From Parcubacteria group bacterium (GTDB taxonomy: Bacteria > Patescibacteriota > Patescibacteriia > Buchananbacterales > UBA6539), in the NCBI GenBank assembly GCA_002687175.1, contig NYZP01000002.1, positions 1,171-65,170 on the forward strand: a DNA stretch of 64,000 bases, in the 5' to 3' direction. Of this stretch, positions 59,114 through 64,000 are shown in pieces (within the stretch, counting starts at the first letter, position 1; every line of letters starts with the position of its first letter). The position numbers and the translations under genes are program-made. The notes below the pieces were generated by a model. It was not told where the DNA came from. It saw only the letters and a program-made list of their open reading frames with translations, and ran no database searches.

Positions 59114-59806
59114 TTAATTCCATTTTTTATTTTCTAAGGCTTTGCTAGCCGCATTAACTTGAGCCTCTTGTTTGCTAGAGCCGGTACTGGTTCCGATCAA
59201 TTCTTTTTCTAAGTATACACCGACTTGAAATTTTTTGTCATGATCGGGGCCACTCTCTTTTAATACTTTGTAACTTGGAGTAATACCTAATTTTTCCTGG
59301 GAGATCTCTTGAAATTTACTTTTGGGATCAAGGTACAATTCATTTGATAAGATGTGGGGTAGCTCCGGAATTAGATTTTCGTTAATAAATTTACTAGCTT
59401 GTTTGTAACCGCCATCAAGATGAATAGCACCAATTAAAGCTTCATAAGTATTTGCTAAAATATAATTTCTAGCCTTACCATTGGTATCCTTAGCTTCCCC
59501 CTTACTTAAATACAAATAATCCTCCAAATTAATTTTTCTGGCTAGTTTAGCCAACATTTGACTGTTTACAATACTGGCACGCCAGTTAGTAAGTTCACCT
59601 TCAGGATTAGGATAGTTTGAATAAAGATGCTCGGTGGTAACAAGTTCCAGAACAGCATCACCTAAAAATTCTAGCCGTTCATTATGACCTAACTTAAAAC
59701 CAGAGTTTTCGTTAATATAGGAACGATGGACAAAGGCTTGTTTAAGTAGATCTTTATTTTTAAAATTAACTTTTAGCTTTTTTTCAAGTTTAGAAAAATC
59801 CTTCAT
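59114..59806 (-). CDS. rnc: Ribonuclease III
   Basis: HRSY, NERLEFLGDAVL, dsRBD (DPKS..QE, GPDH); likely start ATG 59806. Confidence 0.97.
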   Translation of the reverse strand: MKDFSKLEKKLKVNFKNKDLLKQAFVHRSYINENSGFKLGHNERLEFLGDAVLELVTTEHLYSNYPNPEGELTNWRASIVNSQMLAKLARKINLEDYLYLSKGEAKDTNGKARNYILANTYEALIGAIHLDGGYKQASKFINENLIPELPHILSNELYLDPKSKFQEISQEKLGITPSYKVLKESGPDHDKKFQVGVYLEKELIGTSTGSSKQEAQVNAASKALENKKWN

Positions 59807-59817
59807 GGTAGAGATTA

Positions 59818-59874
59818 TAGCTGGTAGCTCGTAGCTTGTAAGTTTTATCCTTACCAGCAACCAGCTTCAAGCTA
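59818..59874 (-). repeat. Heptamer inverted-repeat hairpin upstream of rnc
   Basis: Minus strand TAGCTTG-AAGCTGG-TTGCTGG-TAAG, loop GATAAAA, CTTA-CAAGCTA-CGAGCTA-CCAGCTA. Confidence 0.85.
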
Positions 59875-59893
59875 GGTTATGTTAGTTAGAGTT

Positions 59894-60343
59894 TTACTTT
59901 TGAGTTTTATTCTGACTTGGTTCAGCGTCTTTGGTAATATCTTTATAGATAGTTCCTAAGACACCGTTAACAAATTTTCCTGATGACTCACCACCAAAGG
60001 TTTTGGCCAGCTCAATCGCTTCATTGATGGCTACTTTTTCTGGTATCTCATCATCATATTTCATTTCTTGAATGCCAATTCGTAAGACGTTTCGATCAAC
60101 CATAGTAATTTGTTCAATTGGCCACTCTGGAGCAAACTTGGTAATCAAGTCGTCAATTTCTTCCTTATTTTTTATGACACCTTTAACTAAGTTTTCAATA
60201 AATCCTTTATCGTCAAACTGTGGAGCAAATTCGTTTAAGTTACGTTGAATTGAAAAATCTAATTTGCTTGCATCTTTTTCGTTAAAATCCCATTGATAAA
60301 GTGTTTGCAAAGCGATGGTCCTGGCTAAATGGCGATTTGACAT
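59894..60343 (-). CDS. nusB: Transcription antitermination factor
   Basis: [36 protein letters not shown]. Confidence 0.97.
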   Translation of the reverse strand: MSNRHLARTIALQTLYQWDFNEKDASKLDFSIQRNLNEFAPQFDDKGFIENLVKGVIKNKEEIDDLITKFAPEWPIEQITMVDRNVLRIGIQEMKYDDEIPEKVAINEAIELAKTFGGESSGKFVNGVLGTIYKDITKDAEPSQNKTQK

Positions 60344-60348
60344 AAAAA

Positions 60349-60549
60349 TTATTTACCCTCTTTCTTCTTTTTAATTTTAGGTTTTATAATTTCTTTGCCT
60401 TTGTAACTACCGCAAAATGAACAGACCTGGTGTGGCAAAGTTGCTTTTCCACATTTGGCACACTTAATTAGCTTGACTTTAGTTAAGGATTGATGTGAAC
60501 GTCCTCTTTTAGTTTTAGCACTACTTTTTCGTTTTTTGGAAACGGACAT
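60349..60549 (-). CDS. rpmF: 50S ribosomal protein L32
   Basis: CAKCG...[13 protein letters not shown]. Confidence 0.94.
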   Translation of the reverse strand: MSVSKKRKSSAKTKRGRSHQSLTKVKLIKCAKCGKATLPHQVCSFCGSYKGKEIIKPKIKKKKEGK

Positions 60550-60592
60550 ATTAGTTACATTGTACGTTAAATTTTTAGTTAAATCAATTGAA

Positions 60593-63202
60593 TTAAATGA
60601 ATGTAGTTGAGGCTACTTTATCACCACTTTCTTTAAACTTCATTAGTCTAACCCCTTGGGTAGCTCGGCCTAGAATATTAACTGATTTAAGGGGTAATCG
60701 AATAACTTGTCCTTTAGCCGAAATAATAATCATATCTTCGTCAACGGCTTGGGAATTGACAACAGTAGCGGCAACTATATTACCAGTTTTTGAGGTAATT
60801 TTAGCTGTTTTAATGCCAGAACCACCACGTCCCTGGGTTTTATAGTTGGTTAGCGCACTACGCTTACCATAGCCGTTAGCCATAATGGTTAAAAGTTGAG
60901 CTACTTTAACCAGAGTAGAATCAACGACCTCCATACTGACTACCCGGTCGTCTCCTTTCAAACGGATACCTCTAACCCCAGAAGCTGCTCGGCCCATTGG
61001 TCTAACTTGACTTTCTTTAAATCTAATAGCTTGACCGTGGGAGGAAACTAAAATAATTTCATCTTTACCAGTAGACGGTTTAACCCATTCTAGCTCGTCA
61101 TTTTTGCGTAAGCGAATGGCAATTAATCCAGATCGACGAATATTATCAAAGTCAGTTAAATCAACTTTTTTAATGTTTCCTTTGGTGGTAACCATCATTA
61201 AAAATTTGTAGTCACCCAGCTCACTTAGTGGTAAAGCCGCTGAAATTTTTTCTTCTGGCGCTAACTGTAAGAAATTAACAATCGCTTGTCCCTTGGCAGT
61301 TCGGGAACCTTTAGGAATATCATAAGCCTTAAGTTGAAAAACTCGTCCCTTGGTGGTGAAAAATAAAATGTCAGAATGGGTGGTGGTGGTGAAAAAATGT
61401 TCGACCACGTCTTCTTCTTTGGTAGTTAAGCCAACTACTCCTTTGCCTCCCCGACTCTGAGTTTTGAAAGTCTCTGGCGGTAGTCGTTTAATGTAGCCAT
61501 CCTTCGTTACCGTAACAATAGTGTCTTCATCAGGAATAAGATCTTCAACTGAAAAACTTTTTGCACCATGGGCCACAATTTGTGTTCTTCTTTCATTAGA
61601 GAATTTATCTTTAATTTCCGTTAGTTCTTTTTTAATAATGGAAAGAATTTTTTTGGAAGATTTTAAAATTGCTTCTAAGTCTTTGATCAACGCTAATTTT
61701 TCCTTAAGCTCTTGCTCAATTTTCATTCTTTCTAAGTTAGCCAGTTGTTGTAATCGCATTTCTAAAATGGCAACAGCTTGACGATCTGACAGTTTGAATT
61801 TTTTGATTAAATTAACTTTAGCAATTTCCTTATCCTTAGAAGCCTTAATAGTTTTAATGATGGCATCGATTTTAGCCAGCGCCATTTTTAATCCTTGTAG
61901 GATGTGGGCTCGATTTTTGGCCTTGGTTAAATCAAATTGGGTTCTGGCCCGAACTACAACCTGTCGATGTTTAATGTATTCTTCTAAAATCATTTTCAAG
62001 GTTAGCACTCTTGGCTGAATGCCATCGATTAAGGCTAACATGTTTGAATGGAAAGTTGTTTGAAGATCAGTTAATTTAAATAAACTGTTTAAAATCTTTT
62101 TAGGATAAGCATCCTTTTTTAATTCAATGGCAATGCGGACACCTTCTTTTGAAGACTCATCTCGTAAATCTTTAATGCCATCCAGTTTCTTATCTTTAAC
62201 TAACTCGGCAATTTTTTCAACCACAGAAGCTTTGTTAACTTGATATGGTACTTCCGAAACGATAATTTTAAAAGTGCCACTTTTGGTTTCAATTATTTCG
62301 GTTTTAGCTCTAGTGACAACACCACCCTTACCAGTGGCATACATTTGTTTAATTTCTTTAACATCATAAATAATTCCACCGGTTGGAAAATCGGGTCCTT
62401 TAATTAATTCAAACAAATCGTCAATGGTAGCGTCTGGATTATCAATTAAATGAATTGTACCATCAACAATTTCTCCAAGGTTATGGGGGGCAATGCTGGT
62501 GGCCATACCAACCGCAATACCCATGGTGCCATTAATTAAGAGGTTGGGCAGTTTTGCCGGTAAGACAGTAGGTTCCTTATGACTACCATCATAATTTGGT
62601 ATAAAATCAACAGTCTCTTTTTCAATATCAGTTAAAAGTTCTTCGGAAACGTGGGCTAATTTAGCCTCAGTATAACGCATGGCAGCTGCTCGATCACCAT
62701 CCATTGAACCAAAGTTTCCTTGCCCTTTAACCAACGGATAACGCAAAGAAAAGTCCTGGGCCATTCGAACCATTGAGTCATATACTGCCACATCACCGTG
62801 AGGGTGGTATTTACCTAGCACTTCACCAACTACCGTGGCCGATTTTCTAAATTTAGCTGAAGGCCTTAAGCCTAAATTCCACATGGCATACAAAATTCGA
62901 CGGTGGACTGGTTTTAGACCATCGCGAACATCTGGCAAGGCTCGGGCAACAATTACTGACATCGCATAGTCAAGATAAGATTCTTTCATCTCCTCGACGA
63001 TTGGGCGCTTTACCAATTTACCAACTCCTTCTCTAGAGGACTCAGTAATTTCTGGTTTTACTGGAGGTTTAATCCCAGCTGAATCAGTATTCTTAAATTC
63101 GTCTTTTGCCTTACCTTCAGACTTACCTTTGTTCGTAGCCTTATTTTTTGAGCTAGATTTTTTAGGCTTAGAGGAATTTGATTTTTTTATCTTTTTTGCC
63201 AT
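60593..63202 (-). CDS. gyrA: DNA gyrase subunit A
   Basis: [29 protein letters not shown], GyrA-box QSRGGKG. Confidence 0.98.
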   Translation of the reverse strand: MAKKIKKSNSSKPKKSSSKNKATNKGKSEGKAKDEFKNTDSAGIKPPVKPEITESSREGVGKLVKRPIVEEMKESYLDYAMSVIVARALPDVRDGLKPVHRRILYAMWNLGLRPSAKFRKSATVVGEVLGKYHPHGDVAVYDSMVRMAQDFSLRYPLVKGQGNFGSMDGDRAAAMRYTEAKLAHVSEELLTDIEKETVDFIPNYDGSHKEPTVLPAKLPNLLINGTMGIAVGMATSIAPHNLGEIVDGTIHLIDNPDATIDDLFELIKGPDFPTGGIIYDVKEIKQMYATGKGGVVTRAKTEIIETKSGTFKIIVSEVPYQVNKASVVEKIAELVKDKKLDGIKDLRDESSKEGVRIAIELKKDAYPKKILNSLFKLTDLQTTFHSNMLALIDGIQPRVLTLKMILEEYIKHRQVVVRARTQFDLTKAKNRAHILQGLKMALAKIDAIIKTIKASKDKEIAKVNLIKKFKLSDRQAVAILEMRLQQLANLERMKIEQELKEKLALIKDLEAILKSSKKILSIIKKELTEIKDKFSNERRTQIVAHGAKSFSVEDLIPDEDTIVTVTKDGYIKRLPPETFKTQSRGGKGVVGLTTKEEDVVEHFFTTTTHSDILFFTTKGRVFQLKAYDIPKGSRTAKGQAIVNFLQLAPEEKISAALPLSELGDYKFLMMVTTKGNIKKVDLTDFDNIRRSGLIAIRLRKNDELEWVKPSTGKDEIILVSSHGQAIRFKESQVRPMGRAASGVRGIRLKGDDRVVSMEVVDSTLVKVAQLLTIMANGYGKRSALTNYKTQGRGGSGIKTAKITSKTGNIVAATVVNSQAVDEDMIIISAKGQVIRLPLKSVNILGRATQGVRLMKFKESGDKVASTTFI

Positions 63203-63205
63203 AGT

Positions 63206-63577
63206 TTAGTTAGATTTTTTTTCCAAAAGTTTTTCTTTAAGTAGTTCTATTTCTGCTTCAGAAATTTCAGTCGATGGTTCAGCGGTATCTGCTTCTAATT
63301 CAATTTGCTCAACGGTGTCTTTTATTGTTTGGATGCCAGTTCTAGTGGAATCAATTAATTGATTTAAATCTTGTTGAATAAGTTGTAGGTCTTCGTTGCT
63401 ACTGTCAGTTTGTTCGACATTTGATTTCAATGATACTTTTAATGATAAAAGCCAAAGTGAAATTATTGTTACCATTAAAACTATTAAAGTTACTTTAAAA
63501 ATTATTTTACGCGTACTTTCCGGAAGCTTCTCAATAGTTGATTTATTCTGATTTTTGTCTGGAGGTTCGGCCGACAT
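63206..63577 (-). CDS. Hypothetical single-TM protein
   Basis: One TM helix plus coiled coil; tightly packed in operon. Confidence 0.7.
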   Translation of the reverse strand: MSAEPPDKNQNKSTIEKLPESTRKIIFKVTLIVLMVTIISLWLLSLKVSLKSNVEQTDSSNEDLQLIQQDLNQLIDSTRTGIQTIKDTVEQIELEADTAEPSTEISEAEIELLKEKLLEKKSN

Positions 63578-63581
63578 AAAT

Positions 63582-64000
63582 TTATGGTTGCATAATCACC
63601 ACTTTTAATTCGCCACTAGGTAAATCTTTTTTTGTAATTTTAAATTTATTCAGCTCCTCGGTTGGGCAGGCACCAAATTCTTTACAAAACGTGCTAACTG
63701 GATCAATTTTTTTTGGTATCTTTAAACCTTTCAAATTGTAATGCATTGGAATAACTATTCGTGGCTCTAATTGAGCAATAATTTCAGTCGCTTGTTTGGC
63801 ATTAATGGTGTAAGTTCCACCAACTGGAATCATTAAAATGTCAGTACCTTCTAATTTTCCTGTCTGGCCATTAGCTAGAACATGACCCAAGTCTCCTAAA
63901 TGTGTGATACTGACACCATCAATATCAATCCGATAGATAATGTTAGGACCTCTTTCAGCACCTTCTTTATTATCATGCCATGATGGAATTCCTTGAATAA
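63582..64000 (-). CDS. MBL-fold metallo-hydrolase (5' end outside window)
   Basis: HLGDLGH, IPVGG.YTI, PRIVIPMHY; frame open to window end. Confidence 0.88.
   Translation of the reverse strand, partial: IQGIPSWHDNKEGAERGPNIIYRIDIDGVSITHLGDLGHVLANGQTGKLEGTDILMIPVGGTYTINAKQATEIIAQLEPRIVIPMHYNLKGLKIPKKIDPVSTFCKEFGACPTEELNKFKITKKDLPSGELKVVIMQP

Noticed and set aside
59807-59860. N-terminal extension of RNase III
   Set aside because: It is a translation of the heptamer hairpin.

Overview
AT-rich bacterial chromosome segment spanning the replication origin (dnaN-dnaA / rpmH-rnpA-yidD-yidC). It carries housekeeping genes (polA, holA, smc, suf operon, infB, rbfA, clpP, rny, rnc, nusB, gyrA, pilT), one 16S rRNA gene with no adjacent 23S, and seven intact tRNA genes. 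The 16S primer-site variants, short SMC and gene content point to a Patescibacteria (CPR) organism; this is inference, not a database result. The main unexplained structure is a set of hairpin-bounded small elements. Three unrelated small genes (GxxExxY, GIY-YIG nuclease, four-helix-bundle) are each enclosed by 28-38 bp inverted repeats, and all three share the motif CAACATRGCGT...AAAYGCTATG, which would fold over their start codons. Gene-less versions of such hairpins sit just upstream of the start codons of polA, sufS, infB, clpP and rnc. Short palindromes are inserted in frame in trmD, smc and probably polA, and into relic tRNA copies; an intact tRNA-Phe lies inside a decayed copy of itself. 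Also present: an attC-like cassette next to a type III restriction gene, an Arg (CGA) T-box before an ArgA-like acetyltransferase, a SAM-I riboswitch before a 71-aa orphan, a candidate novel attenuator upstream of dapA, and a long structured RNA upstream of rny. Coordinates were counted by eye and may be off by a few bases; no searches or folding programs were run.
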